Source: Candidatus Latescibacterota bacterium
GTDB taxonomy: Bacteria; Latescibacterota; UBA2968; UBA8231
Assembly (NCBI GenBank): GCA_965217585.1
Contig: OZ244561.1
Coordinates: 6,752,001 to 6,816,000 of the forward strand
Length of the DNA stretch: 64,000 bases
Direction of reading: 5' to 3'
Positions within the stretch are counted from its first letter, which is position 1, and the number at the start of each line of letters is the position of its first letter. Positions 30,601 through 39,623 of the stretch are shown here, in pieces. The notes beneath the pieces are model-generated. The model saw nothing but the letters and a program-made list of their open reading frames with translations. It was not told where the DNA came from and made no database searches. The position numbers and the translations under genes were made by a program.

Positions 30601-30794
30601 ACCGCCGAGGCGCGCATCAGCGCCCCATCCTGCACGGCCAACACGCCCTCGTACACCTGTCGCGCCCCGGCAAAATCGCCGGTGGCCAGCAGCTTTTGCG
30701 CCCGCACAAAGCGCTTGCCCAAGTCCTCTGGATTGGTCACGAACTGGCTGCCGGCCACCAAGCCGGCCAGCACCAAGGGAAGCCAAATAGCCAT
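27672..30794 (-). CDS. Large exported tetratricopeptide-repeat protein (BamD/YbgF-like repeats)
   Basis: Signal-like N-terminus; many A.Y.LG...Y..A...Y..V...YP repeats. Confidence 0.88.
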   Translation of the reverse strand: MAIWLPLVLAGLVAGSQFVTNPEDLGKRFVRAQKLLATGDFAGARQVYEGVLAVQDGALMRASAVRVVVDEHAVGVQAAARYQLANMGRKQAQLWRQEASLADSVEADSLRGLATASLQAAADRFAVLRDEDGFELRETAAYLVVECFFEAEEYAQAAAAGQVLLRLFPKGRYAERTRYTLGWAWFYQEEYAQAVESFRAYLQDPPAGMRADRARLQMGLALEALGRYEEALAAFGALADAYDPANMADAEKRAVALAGLREGQSRRSLAAKAWIKRGDVLKALGRYAEALAAYKKVSRDFPQEPHLAEQAWVRQALLAQTTHGVDASLDVYRYAAEQAERPAFRARMQAGLMSLLFDEGRYEEALAAHRLYLTAYRAFANVAGVSVDEAVFRQAECLRLMGEESAVADSAEVWFAEALALYGEVGTYLAPEALFWQGTIHQALSDSAAAVAQFEQVVAGEAAPELACRALLQVARLRHEQSDALYEQILVQCADEDVRGLAALVLGRRYRQAGRGEEARRVLESIAPTQPQYAYAQLELAQLHVEEGKTDEAIDLIARQVAQTPNAELTAQLGLLHQRRGEHEQALPLLREALPQLEGATAAAAQVGLGWSLYKTGHYEAAWKEWEAAWQVGVLAGDQRRALLQAMSACAQTLEDSQRMEAVYRAMAASEATRVEGLLGLGQWYLDQGEAAQAAAQVRPLLAHEDRAWLLLGRALVAQDSLAAARAVLEEGLARISVPAQAAEFHFELGSVALGERDYEAAERAFGAVLEVAPRRAMRAAALFYLGHSLQARGEKAAAQIAFEELVAAYPDQPQASEAELLIGELHYGEAEYERALSSYERVLGTYPDSKDAPEALYGAAWCQLELEQIEPMRDLFLRLARDYPQHERAHQGLMHIGDYYYNGHQFLKASRLYAQVVERFPETAEALQARQLLAYLADAEADSLYSEGMALYDEGEFVRAIAVLEEVIVRYPNTPSEAAARCNIGVSYYQMDNWRLAALAYEEAVAALEGREEEWRALEFARSNREVIGRTYLGEVAAE

Positions 30795-33415
30795 TAGCGA
30801 TCGTATCCGGCGATGACCGAGATGAAAAACCGCGACACCCCGCCGTCGCGCGTCCGCGACACCGCCGGGTCGGCAAATTCCTCGTGGCGCAACTCAATCC
30901 CGGTGTTGGAAACAATGGTGTAGCCGATGTACGTGCCCCGCACCGTGAACATCAGCACCGAACTCGCCGAGCGCAGTTCGCGCTCCCGATCCACCCGGTC
31001 AATAAAGCGGAAGGCCAGCACGGGCAACAACGTGCGCGTAAACGGCACCCCCATCCCCTGCTGGCCAAATTGCACCAACGTATTCTCCGTCAGCGTCCAA
31101 TCCACGCGCAAGATGGGCGCGATCTGGTTCCACGACTCCACCGCCCGCCGTCGGTCGCTGGCAGTGACGTGCTTGTACAGATGCTTAATCATGGCTTGGA
31201 CGCGCAGACGGGCCAACTCATAGGTGTAGTCGGCCTTGTTGACCATCGTGAGGGTCTGCACGCGGGCATCCGCCGCCAACTGCCGGTTCAAGATCCACTG
31301 GGCGTTGTTTTCAAGGTGGAGCTGGTCCAGCCGCGCCAAGCGGGTGCCGACAAACGAGGTGTGCACCCACGAGTCGGCCATCAGCAAGGCATCGGGCGTG
31401 GGGGGCTGGTTCGGGTTATTGTTCTCACCGGCGCGGAACACATACACCGAATCCGGCACCGTGTCCTCGACCCGCTTGCTGTCGTGGTCGAGCTGGACTT
31501 GCCCCCAACGCGGCACGTCAAAGCCATAGGACACTCGCCCGTAGCGCGACACGGCCCGCCCCGGCCCGGCGATCTCGTCCTGGCGATAGTAGCCCAGCCC
31601 AGCCGATAGGCCGCGCCAACCCGGCAGGGCGACAAACCCGTGCAGGCCGCGCCGGTCGCGGTCGTAGGGGTAGTCGGGCTTGTTGTCGTTTTCGCGCTCG
31701 TCAATGACGCCGTTGTTGTTCAGGTCAATGCCATAGACAAACTCCTGCGGGTCGGAGTAGTAGAGCAAAAACGGCTCCTCAAAATCGGGCACCCCATTGG
31801 CGTTTTTGTCGTCGTCGGGGATGTTGTCGTTGTCCTCGTCTAGCCCGGGAAATACGCCAGACTCGGTCTCCGAGCCGTTGGGATAATCGCGCAAGTTGTC
31901 GTCGGCGTAGCGGTCGTTGTCGTCGTTGTCATCGACCAAGGGAAACTCGGACAACATCTGCTGGTCTTGGCTTTCCCCGCCCAAGTCCGTGTAGAGCCGC
32001 ACCCCGCCGCGCCGACTGTCGTACCCGCCGCCGTAGCGCGGCCCCATGCGGAAGAGTTCCCCACCCACTTCCCAGCGACCGACGTCCTTGAGCGCGTTGA
32101 CGTACCACGCGACCGCCCGCCGTTGGTCGCGCTGGCCGCGCAGCACCGGGAAGCTGCGGTAGAGCAGGTTGCGCTGGTATTCGGCGCGCACCTTCAAGCC
32201 GACAAACGTGGCCTCCGCGTCAAAGCCGAAAATCGTCTGGCCGGTGGAAAAGCCATGCTCAAATTCCACGGCCCGCCGATTGGAAAAATCCCGCACCTCG
32301 CCCGTCGCCCGCGCCCGCGTCTCAAAGGGTGTGTTGCGCGGCGTGAACTGATTGCGCAGCGCGTCGAAAAAGGGGTGCTGTTGCGCCACCTCAATGCGGT
32401 AATCGTTGGCCACCAGCGCCCGCACCCGCGCCCGGCGCGGCGCGAAATCCTCTGGTACCACAAACAGGTATTCCACCGCCTCCTCGCCGCGCACCTCCCG
32501 GAAGCCATCGCCGCGCCGCCCGCCCAACACTTGCGGTTGCAAACCCGGCGCAAAGTGGTCGTCGGCCGGGTCGCTGCTGATTGTCACCTCTCCCTCCGGC
32601 CCTTCCCCTTCCAACTCAAGGACAATGTCGTACACAATGGCCCCGGCCTCATCGCTTTGCGGCGAGTCGTCGCGCACGCGCACGGTAATCTCGCTCGGCG
32701 GCTGCATCGCCGGATAAGGGATACCACCGCTCAAAAAGCCGCCGGAGCTGCCCCGAGCCGTGTTGGCCTGATGTTGGTTGACAAAGGTCGTGCCAAAGCG
32801 TAGCACATCGCCCAGCCGGGTCTGCCAGTGGCCGGCGATATTGTACACCGGGTTTTCCTCTGTCCGCTCCAAGTAGTCAATGAGCGATCCCCGTCCTTGG
32901 GCCACCGGATCGGAAAAGCTGTTGAGCGTGGGGAACAGCGAAGAGTCAAAGCCGCGCGTGGTCAGCAAGGTGATCTTGTTAGCCGGAAAGATCACATCCC
33001 AGCGCAAGCCATTAAAGCCGGCCTGCCGCAACGTCAACGGCGTAAACTCCGTGCGCACCTCGTCGCCCACGGTCAAAGACCAGTGCCACGGGCCGTAGCT
33101 GTCGTGGGCGACGATCAGGTTGTTGAGCGAGCGGTAGAGCCGGTCCTTGCGGATGCGGCTGCCGCCAGGACGCTGCTCATCCAATTCATAGACGAGGAAG
33201 CCCTCGGCGAGGAAGCGGCCGAGAAAGTCGTAGCGCGGGGCCAAGCGGATCTCGCGGCGATAGGGCCGGTACAGATCTTCGCCGTAATTGGTGTACGCGC
33301 TCAGGGGCGGGCGGCGCAAAAAGTGACGCGAGGGTTGGGCGTCGGGCAGATCGGCCGCTAGCGGATGCCCGGACAACAGCAAGGCGAGCAAAAGAATCCA
33401 GCATCGGATGTTCAT
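30794..33415 (-). CDS. Putative outer-membrane beta-barrel protein with acidic Ca-binding insert
   Basis: Signal peptide, amphipathic strands, DDNDDND/DEDNDNIPD/DLNNNGVID repeats, C-terminal FISVIAGY. Confidence 0.6.
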   Translation of the reverse strand: MNIRCWILLLALLLSGHPLAADLPDAQPSRHFLRRPPLSAYTNYGEDLYRPYRREIRLAPRYDFLGRFLAEGFLVYELDEQRPGGSRIRKDRLYRSLNNLIVAHDSYGPWHWSLTVGDEVRTEFTPLTLRQAGFNGLRWDVIFPANKITLLTTRGFDSSLFPTLNSFSDPVAQGRGSLIDYLERTEENPVYNIAGHWQTRLGDVLRFGTTFVNQHQANTARGSSGGFLSGGIPYPAMQPPSEITVRVRDDSPQSDEAGAIVYDIVLELEGEGPEGEVTISSDPADDHFAPGLQPQVLGGRRGDGFREVRGEEAVEYLFVVPEDFAPRRARVRALVANDYRIEVAQQHPFFDALRNQFTPRNTPFETRARATGEVRDFSNRRAVEFEHGFSTGQTIFGFDAEATFVGLKVRAEYQRNLLYRSFPVLRGQRDQRRAVAWYVNALKDVGRWEVGGELFRMGPRYGGGYDSRRGGVRLYTDLGGESQDQQMLSEFPLVDDNDDNDRYADDNLRDYPNGSETESGVFPGLDEDNDNIPDDDKNANGVPDFEEPFLLYYSDPQEFVYGIDLNNNGVIDERENDNKPDYPYDRDRRGLHGFVALPGWRGLSAGLGYYRQDEIAGPGRAVSRYGRVSYGFDVPRWGQVQLDHDSKRVEDTVPDSVYVFRAGENNNPNQPPTPDALLMADSWVHTSFVGTRLARLDQLHLENNAQWILNRQLAADARVQTLTMVNKADYTYELARLRVQAMIKHLYKHVTASDRRRAVESWNQIAPILRVDWTLTENTLVQFGQQGMGVPFTRTLLPVLAFRFIDRVDRERELRSASSVLMFTVRGTYIGYTIVSNTGIELRHEEFADPAVSRTRDGGVSRFFISVIAGYDR

Positions 33416-33427
33416 AAGAATCTCCTT

Positions 33428-33457
33428 CGTAGGGGCGACCGGCCGGTCGCCCCTACG
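33428..33457. repeat. REP-like perfect 30-bp palindrome (GTAG class)
   Basis: CGTAGGGGCGACCGG|CCGGTCGCCCCTACG fills most of the 45-bp intergenic gap. Confidence 0.75.
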
Positions 33458-33460
33458 GCA

Positions 33461-35113
33461 TCAATACACCACCCCGACCAAACCCGTCCACACATCCCCG
33501 CGATCGGCGTCAATTTCAACGCGCAGCAAATAATGCCCAGGCGCGACCAGCCGCCCGCTGTCGTCGCGGCCATCCCACGCCAAGCGCTTGCGCCCCGCCG
33601 CCGCCTGCCCGTCCCACAGCACCCGCCGCTGCCGTCCCGCCAAGTCGTACAGGGCCACCGTCAACGCCTGCGGGTGCTGCACCTTGGCCAAGTCGATCTG
33701 AATTTGAGCCGCACCCGAGGCCGCGTTGAAGGGATTGGGCCGCACCGACACGCCAGCGCGCGGCAGGGCGCGGGAGACCACCCCCTCTCCTACCAAAGTC
33801 CAAGCATCTTCCTCCACCGGCCGTGCGTTCTGCCAATCCACGCTATCGCCCAAGGCCACCGCCGCCCGCACCGCCAGCGTCGGCCGCAACAGCACCGACG
33901 CAAACTCCACTTCGAGCCGCCCCGACCGACTCACCTCGTGCTCGGCCCCCAACACCAACCGGATGCCTTCGTCGTTCCACACCGCCTCATACCCATCCTC
34001 CGGCAGCACCAACCCATCGAACCTCACCTCCTGCACCACGCCCGGCAGGCCGATATGCACTCGATCAAAGCCGAGATCCTCCGGGCCGATTTCCACGTCG
34101 AAGGTATAGGTGAACACGGTCTCCTCACCCAATATCGGTCGCAGCGGCGTAATGGCCCCTGCCACCGCACGGGCAAAAAGCTGTTCCCCAAAGGCGACTG
34201 CCACCTGCATGAGCCTCGGCGCACTAAGCGGATCGCGCGTTTCCATAACCGCCCGATACTGCAAAAATCGCGCTGGCTCCGGCTCGGTCAGAGCCACGCC
34301 ATCGCCGACTTCCGCTAAGTCCCAAGCTGGCACCCGGTGCCACTCGGGCCACGCCTCTCCATCGCCCGACGTGCGGAACTGCACCTGCAAAACCGTGCCC
34401 GGCGGTGTCTGTCCTGCAAACCACGCCTTGCCAAAGTTGGCTGGCTGCCCCGCGTCGAACACCTCCGACTCAAACGTCCCCTCGGCGCGGAAGCCCTCGC
34501 CGAACACTTCCACCTCGCCGATGGAGACCCAGTTGGGCGGGTCTTCCCGCGTCAGCCGCAAGCGCACAAAGCGACCCAACACCGGCAGCGCCCCCCCGTC
34601 GGCGCTGGTCTCGATCCACGTTGAATCCACCGACGTATCGACTGTCGGACGGGTGTTCTCCGCCTGTTGCGCCACCAATATCCAATCGTCAGGCGTGGCC
34701 TCCCGAGCTACTTCAAGGCGATAGCCTTTGACGAAAAACAGTGGCCGTTGGGTCACGGTCTTGCCCGGCAGAAGGCGCACTTGGCTGACGCCGCGATCAC
34801 CGCCCAAGTCGAGCCGAATCCACTTGCCCAACACTTCGACCTCGTTTTCAAAGCGCCACTCGGTGTCGGTATTGCCGTCGGTAACGCTGCGGCGACCGCT
34901 CAAGGTGTTCGGCCCGGACGAAGCCACCGCATCCAAGGCGAGGTTGACCCCGCGAAAGGAGGCCAGCGACACCCGCCCCAAGCTGTCTATCTCCGTGCCA
35001 GCAAAACGTCCAGCCGAGAAACTGTCGGCCCCCTTTTGTACCCACTCTCCAGCCATTGCTGGAGCGCAGCTCAGTACGACCATGCCGAGCCAATAACGCA
35101 TCCTACTCATCAT
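33461..35113 (-). CDS. Secreted discoidin/F5-8-like domain protein with FlgD-Ig/CTD
   Basis: Signal APAMA; NLAL...TDGNTDTEW...WIRLDLG...IGEVEVFG; PNPFN...WDGRD..G. Confidence 0.8.
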   Translation of the reverse strand: MMSRMRYWLGMVVLSCAPAMAGEWVQKGADSFSAGRFAGTEIDSLGRVSLASFRGVNLALDAVASSGPNTLSGRRSVTDGNTDTEWRFENEVEVLGKWIRLDLGGDRGVSQVRLLPGKTVTQRPLFFVKGYRLEVAREATPDDWILVAQQAENTRPTVDTSVDSTWIETSADGGALPVLGRFVRLRLTREDPPNWVSIGEVEVFGEGFRAEGTFESEVFDAGQPANFGKAWFAGQTPPGTVLQVQFRTSGDGEAWPEWHRVPAWDLAEVGDGVALTEPEPARFLQYRAVMETRDPLSAPRLMQVAVAFGEQLFARAVAGAITPLRPILGEETVFTYTFDVEIGPEDLGFDRVHIGLPGVVQEVRFDGLVLPEDGYEAVWNDEGIRLVLGAEHEVSRSGRLEVEFASVLLRPTLAVRAAVALGDSVDWQNARPVEEDAWTLVGEGVVSRALPRAGVSVRPNPFNAASGAAQIQIDLAKVQHPQALTVALYDLAGRQRRVLWDGQAAAGRKRLAWDGRDDSGRLVAPGHYLLRVEIDADRGDVWTGLVGVVY

Positions 35114-35399
35114 CTATCCACGCCTCCAAGCCCCAAATCTCCAGCGACCTCTGTATGGAGGAAGGGAGCTGCTGAAAGCGCAACGTCAGACCCAGTTGTC
35201 CCAAACGGATCGCGTCTCGCCCAAGCAATGGATTGAGGCTCCGCACTTCGTTCGCCACGATGCAGACCTTCTCTACCCCCTCTTCGCCATACGATTTCAG
35301 GCACTCATGCAGGATGTCGAACTCCGTCTTATTGATATACCCCATGAGTTCGAGGGTTAAGGTTTTGCCACAGCGATGCAATGTATTAATGCGTATCAC
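35103..35399 (-). CDS. Small STAS-like protein
   Basis: 98 aa with TLEL.G.I and STAS-like beta/alpha pattern; AGGAGG RBS; remnants recur at three other sites. Confidence 0.55.
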   Translation of the reverse strand: MIRINTLHRCGKTLTLELMGYINKTEFDILHECLKSYGEEGVEKVCIVANEVRSLNPLLGRDAIRLGQLGLTLRFQQLPSSIQRSLEIWGLEAWIDDE

Positions 35400-35568
35400 A
35401 CTGACTCCCTCCTACACCACAATATTACCTCCAAATTATAGACCAACGGCTCCTCTGCAGTGGTGAGAAACGAGCTGTTGGCTACGTTATTCACCAAAGC
35501 CCAATCTGACTCCTGCTTGGCGATTCCCGCTCAGAAATCGGCGTAGCATCACCTCCATATTTTGTCCT

Positions 35569-36774
35569 TTACATTCGGCTGCTCGTCCTCAGTAGCTTTT
35601 CTACGAACTCAACCTTGTCGTCTAGCTGGAGTTCGCGGTATAGTTCCAGTGCTTGCCGCCACTGAAGTAAGGCATCAAAAGGAGCCTGATTCGATTCATA
35701 GACCCTTCCCAAGCTAACTCTAACGTCGGCTACGGCCTCCAAGTCCGACACTTTCTCAAACAGTTGCACCGCCTGCCGATACGCCTCCTCAGCCGCCTTA
35801 AAGTTTTCAACGTCCATATAGACATTGCCCAAAAGAGCTGCTTGTATCCCCCCGCTTTTGTTGTCCCCGATCTCGCCAAACAGTCCTCTAGCCTGCTGGA
35901 ACAACGCCGCAGCTTCTCGCGTGTCGCCTTTCTCCCCGAGCACCTGCCCCAGACCGCTCGTGGTGCGGGCTTCAAACAGTCTATTGCCCAATTTTTGTTG
36001 GGTGGCCAACGTCCGACGGTACATTTCTTCTGCCTCATCAAATCGACCCGCCTGTCTATATACGCCTCCCAAGACGCTGTAATGATGAGCCAACCCCTCG
36101 TCGCGCTGGAGTTGCTCTTCAGCCGCAATGCCTTTTTTGAGGATGGCTTCGGCCTCGGCTAAACGATTCTGTTCGAGATAGGCCATCCCCAGGCCCTGAT
36201 AGTGGCCGGAAATACCCGGCATATCGCCGAGTTCTTGGCACACGTTCAGTCCCTGCTGGAAGTAAGCTTCGGCCTCCTCTGGTTTGTTCTGCTGGAGTGC
36301 CAACTGGCCCAAGTTGCCGCATTCTTCGGCCCAATAGGCTCTATTTCCCAACGCCTCGTGGAGTTGCTGAGCGCGCATGTGGAGTTCTTGCGCCTCTGCG
36401 ACTTTTCCTTGGAGATGGGCGACAAAGCCTCTGTTGCTATAGCTGACGGCCAGACGCTCCTCATCGCGGCGATCCCTATTGATCTCAAAGGCTTTATTGA
36501 GATAGTCAACTGCCTCATCCATCTGCCCCATGACTTGGTACATAAGTCCCAAGCCGCTACACGCATCGGCTTCCATCTCCCAATCCTGCCACTGCCGTGC
36601 TTTCGCAAGGGCTCGTTGATACAGGACTTCAGCCTTGTGGAGTTCACCTTGTTCCTTGTAATAGCGGCCCAAAAGGAGACAAGCCTTCGCTTGGGTGCGT
36701 ACATCGCGATTTTGTGCGACCCGCGCCCGCTGTATCTCTATGTCTCGTTCGGGAATTAACGGAATGATTTCCAT
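35569..36774 (-). CDS. Cytoplasmic tetratricopeptide-repeat protein
   Basis: About nine 40-aa repeats A..Y..LG..Y...G...EA...Y..AL. Confidence 0.88.
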   Translation of the reverse strand: MEIIPLIPERDIEIQRARVAQNRDVRTQAKACLLLGRYYKEQGELHKAEVLYQRALAKARQWQDWEMEADACSGLGLMYQVMGQMDEAVDYLNKAFEINRDRRDEERLAVSYSNRGFVAHLQGKVAEAQELHMRAQQLHEALGNRAYWAEECGNLGQLALQQNKPEEAEAYFQQGLNVCQELGDMPGISGHYQGLGMAYLEQNRLAEAEAILKKGIAAEEQLQRDEGLAHHYSVLGGVYRQAGRFDEAEEMYRRTLATQQKLGNRLFEARTTSGLGQVLGEKGDTREAAALFQQARGLFGEIGDNKSGGIQAALLGNVYMDVENFKAAEEAYRQAVQLFEKVSDLEAVADVRVSLGRVYESNQAPFDALLQWRQALELYRELQLDDKVEFVEKLLRTSSRM

Positions 36775-36820
36775 ACCTCGCAGTGCCCTCCTCAGTTATA
36801 GTATCACGACAAAACATCTC

Positions 36821-38134
36821 TCAGTCCGCATCGACTAATTGCCGTGCCAATGATCCCTCGCGCGTCAACGCATACACCACGAGATTCACGCCGAGGTCAT
36901 AGACCGGCAACTCATCCGCCCCCGTGACAAAACGACCGCCGATAAAGCTCTCGCGGATCCGCTCGGCCTCGCCGGCGAACAGGTCCGCGTAGTTCTTTTG
37001 TGAGTAAACCCCCACGATGCGGCCATCCACCTCAATGCCCTCCAAGTAATTGGGCGACAATTCAAAGCGATACTCACTATGCCAAAACCAGATGTCCCAG
37101 AAGCCGCGCGGCAGAGAGTCCACGTCGTAGAAGCAATGGTAGAGCGGGTGCTCGGGCGGCAACCGCACAAAAGACCAATCTTTGTGTTCGGCGTAGTCAA
37201 TCTGCTGAAAGGCTTGGCGAATGAAATCGCGCAACGCCGGCAGGTCGTGCTGATAGCTGCCAGCGAGAGAGACAGGTTGGGAGATAATATCCGCATAGAG
37301 GAACCCACCCGAGATTAGATAACGGCCCAGATTTTTGGCTTCGACTTGGGTGAAGGAGACTTCGCCCCGAACCGTCAGCAGTAGAAACGGCACCTGCATC
37401 AGCAGCGGGTCATCTAAGGCGACGCCGTCGAGTACTTCGGTATGCACGCCGGTGCGCTCGCTCATTTTGTCGGCTAGGTTCTGCAGCATGCGCCGCTCGG
37501 AAATGCTGCGCGACCACCCCCCGCTGCGCTCCGAACGCGAGCTGGCGTCGGCGCGTTCGAGTGCTTCGCTGTGGATGCCCGATAAGTAGAGAAAACCCTT
37601 GAGTTTGCGCCGGTCTTTTGGATCAACCACTACCATCGCCCGGTGCCGACCCGTATCCATCGCCTCTACATCCATCAGTTCCAAGGACAAGTCAATCTCG
37701 TCAGCCCCCTGCCGCGTTCCTTGCAACGCCCCAGCGCGCAGTTGCGGCCCAATGTGCCGAGCGGGGAAATCCGGCACTGGCAGCACCAGTCGATCCGGCA
37801 GTGCCGCCGTCGGCAGCCGCAGAGCCGATGACTTGAACACCGGCAACGGACGCGACGCCGAGGGGGCCGGCCGCACGGCAGCCACCGGGGCAGCTTGAAG
37901 GGCGGGACGGCGCACCAATGGGCGTTGCATGGGCCGTTGGCGGCGGGTGAGGGTGCGCTGCGGCGGCGGACGCTTGGTAAACTTGAGCATGATCGGCGGC
38001 AGCACGGGGTATTGCGTAACCTGCTCGCGGTGCGTGATGCCGAAAATCACCAGCAGATGCAAGGCCAGCGACAACACCAAGCAGCTTTGCAGCTTTCTAT
38101 TCTTTCGGAACGGGACTTTCCACGGCCGTTTCAT
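36821..38134 (-). CDS. DUF4159-domain protein with N-terminal TM and Pro-rich linker (copy 1)
   Basis: LSLALHLLVIFG; NLGRYL.SGGFLYAD, LPPEHPLYHCFYD, LGVN.VVYALT; start moved to 38134. Confidence 0.8.
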   Translation of the reverse strand: MKRPWKVPFRKNRKLQSCLVLSLALHLLVIFGITHREQVTQYPVLPPIMLKFTKRPPPQRTLTRRQRPMQRPLVRRPALQAAPVAAVRPAPSASRPLPVFKSSALRLPTAALPDRLVLPVPDFPARHIGPQLRAGALQGTRQGADEIDLSLELMDVEAMDTGRHRAMVVVDPKDRRKLKGFLYLSGIHSEALERADASSRSERSGGWSRSISERRMLQNLADKMSERTGVHTEVLDGVALDDPLLMQVPFLLLTVRGEVSFTQVEAKNLGRYLISGGFLYADIISQPVSLAGSYQHDLPALRDFIRQAFQQIDYAEHKDWSFVRLPPEHPLYHCFYDVDSLPRGFWDIWFWHSEYRFELSPNYLEGIEVDGRIVGVYSQKNYADLFAGEAERIRESFIGGRFVTGADELPVYDLGVNLVVYALTREGSLARQLVDAD

Positions 38135-38162
38135 CTGCTTATGCCCTCTCTTTTCGGCAGAG

Positions 38163-39608
38163 TCACCCATTCAATCGTCCGTCTTTGTCTGGTTGGACAG
38201 AATCCGCCCGGTCAAAGACCACCTCACTGCCCTGTCGGACGTGTGGCAGACCGCGACTCAGGTTGCGGTGGAGCAAGGTGCGGAGCTCCTCGACGCCGAG
38301 GTTGGCCGGGGTGCTCAGGTTGAGGTAGTGGAGAAATTCGGGCTCGGGCATCCGATAGGCCGGCTCGATCTGGTGAGCGGAACGCTGGGCGACAAAAAAG
38401 GCGTCCACTGCATCGGCCGCGGCCTCGCCCCCATCCAATTCTCCAATATGTGCGGCAAGGGCTTGGCAACGCGGAGCGAATTCGTCGCTCCGAGATAGAA
38501 GATCGTCTATGGCCTCTAACAGGGGGTCCATCTGAAGAAACTCATCCCAGTTGAGCTTGCATCCCAAGCCAAGGTCGCGCACTCGGTTGAGGTGGTACTC
38601 CTCGTCCAACTTCTCGGGAGTGCCGATCACGGGCACACCTTGGCGCAAAGCATGGTAGATGGAACCAATGCCGCCCACACCAACGAAGAGAGCAGCACGT
38701 GCCAACACCCAAGCCGCCGGCACAAAGTCAACGACGCGGATATTGGGAGCCTCTATTTGTCCTGACCAACGACCGGCCGTGGTCACCAAGACGCGGTAGG
38801 GCTTGTTGGCCATGCGGTGTAGTGCCTCGTCGAGAAAGCCGAGATAAGCACCGGTGCTACCGCAATTGAAATAGACCAGCGGTAACGGATCGTCCCAATC
38901 GTCCAATTCCGCGATGGGGCGGGGCGGCGGCGACTCGATCAGTGGCCCCACATAGCAGTAGGAAGGAGTCTGTTCGCCCAGTGGATGGAATTGGGGCACA
39001 TCGGCGACCAAGTGGAGGGTATGGTGCGGCTTGAAGGTTGATATGTTGTCGCGAGCGTATTCGTCGAATGGCTCGGTGCCCAAGGAAAAGGTGGTGGGCA
39101 GGCGAATGGGAAACGGATAGTCCGGTTGGTTGTAGGCCGCCTCTATCAGGGCTATATCCATCCCCTCAAGAGAGGCGGTGAGCGGCAAGGTGGGCCGCAT
39201 GTCTGCCAGCGCGAGGGCGGGGCAAAGTTGCCGGATAAGGGTGCGTTCGGCTTGCACACAACGATCTATCCACTCCGCATTGTAATAGCCGTAGTCGCCG
39301 CGGGCCACGTACTCGTCCATGCGGCTTTGCGGCATGGTTTCTACTTCGTAAACCTGAAACCCTTCGGCGGCGATCCGGTCTGCGTGAGGCCCCACTCCCG
39401 CGAATTCCACGGGATACCCGCGCACTCGTAGAGCTCGTCCTACGACCAGAGGGCGGATGGTGTGGGCCAAGCTATAGCCGTGAAAAAAGATCAGTACTGG
39501 ACATTCGTGGCGCGGTAGGCCCTCAACCGTGCCGACCCGTTGCAGACGGACGCTCAAATGTTCCAAGCCAGCCGCTAGGTGTTGGCGCAATTTCTTCAGC
39601 ATGTCCAC
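38163..39608 (-). CDS. GT-B glycosyltransferase (GT1/MGT-like)
   Basis: GYSLAHTIR, YVGPL, VYFNCGSTG, DFVP...GGIGSIYHAL..GVP. Confidence 0.82.
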   Translation of the reverse strand: MDMLKKLRQHLAAGLEHLSVRLQRVGTVEGLPRHECPVLIFFHGYSLAHTIRPLVVGRALRVRGYPVEFAGVGPHADRIAAEGFQVYEVETMPQSRMDEYVARGDYGYYNAEWIDRCVQAERTLIRQLCPALALADMRPTLPLTASLEGMDIALIEAAYNQPDYPFPIRLPTTFSLGTEPFDEYARDNISTFKPHHTLHLVADVPQFHPLGEQTPSYCYVGPLIESPPPRPIAELDDWDDPLPLVYFNCGSTGAYLGFLDEALHRMANKPYRVLVTTAGRWSGQIEAPNIRVVDFVPAAWVLARAALFVGVGGIGSIYHALRQGVPVIGTPEKLDEEYHLNRVRDLGLGCKLNWDEFLQMDPLLEAIDDLLSRSDEFAPRCQALAAHIGELDGGEAAADAVDAFFVAQRSAHQIEPAYRMPEPEFLHYLNLSTPANLGVEELRTLLHRNLSRGLPHVRQGSEVVFDRADSVQPDKDGRLNG

Positions 39609-39623
39609 TCCAAGCTCGTGCGT

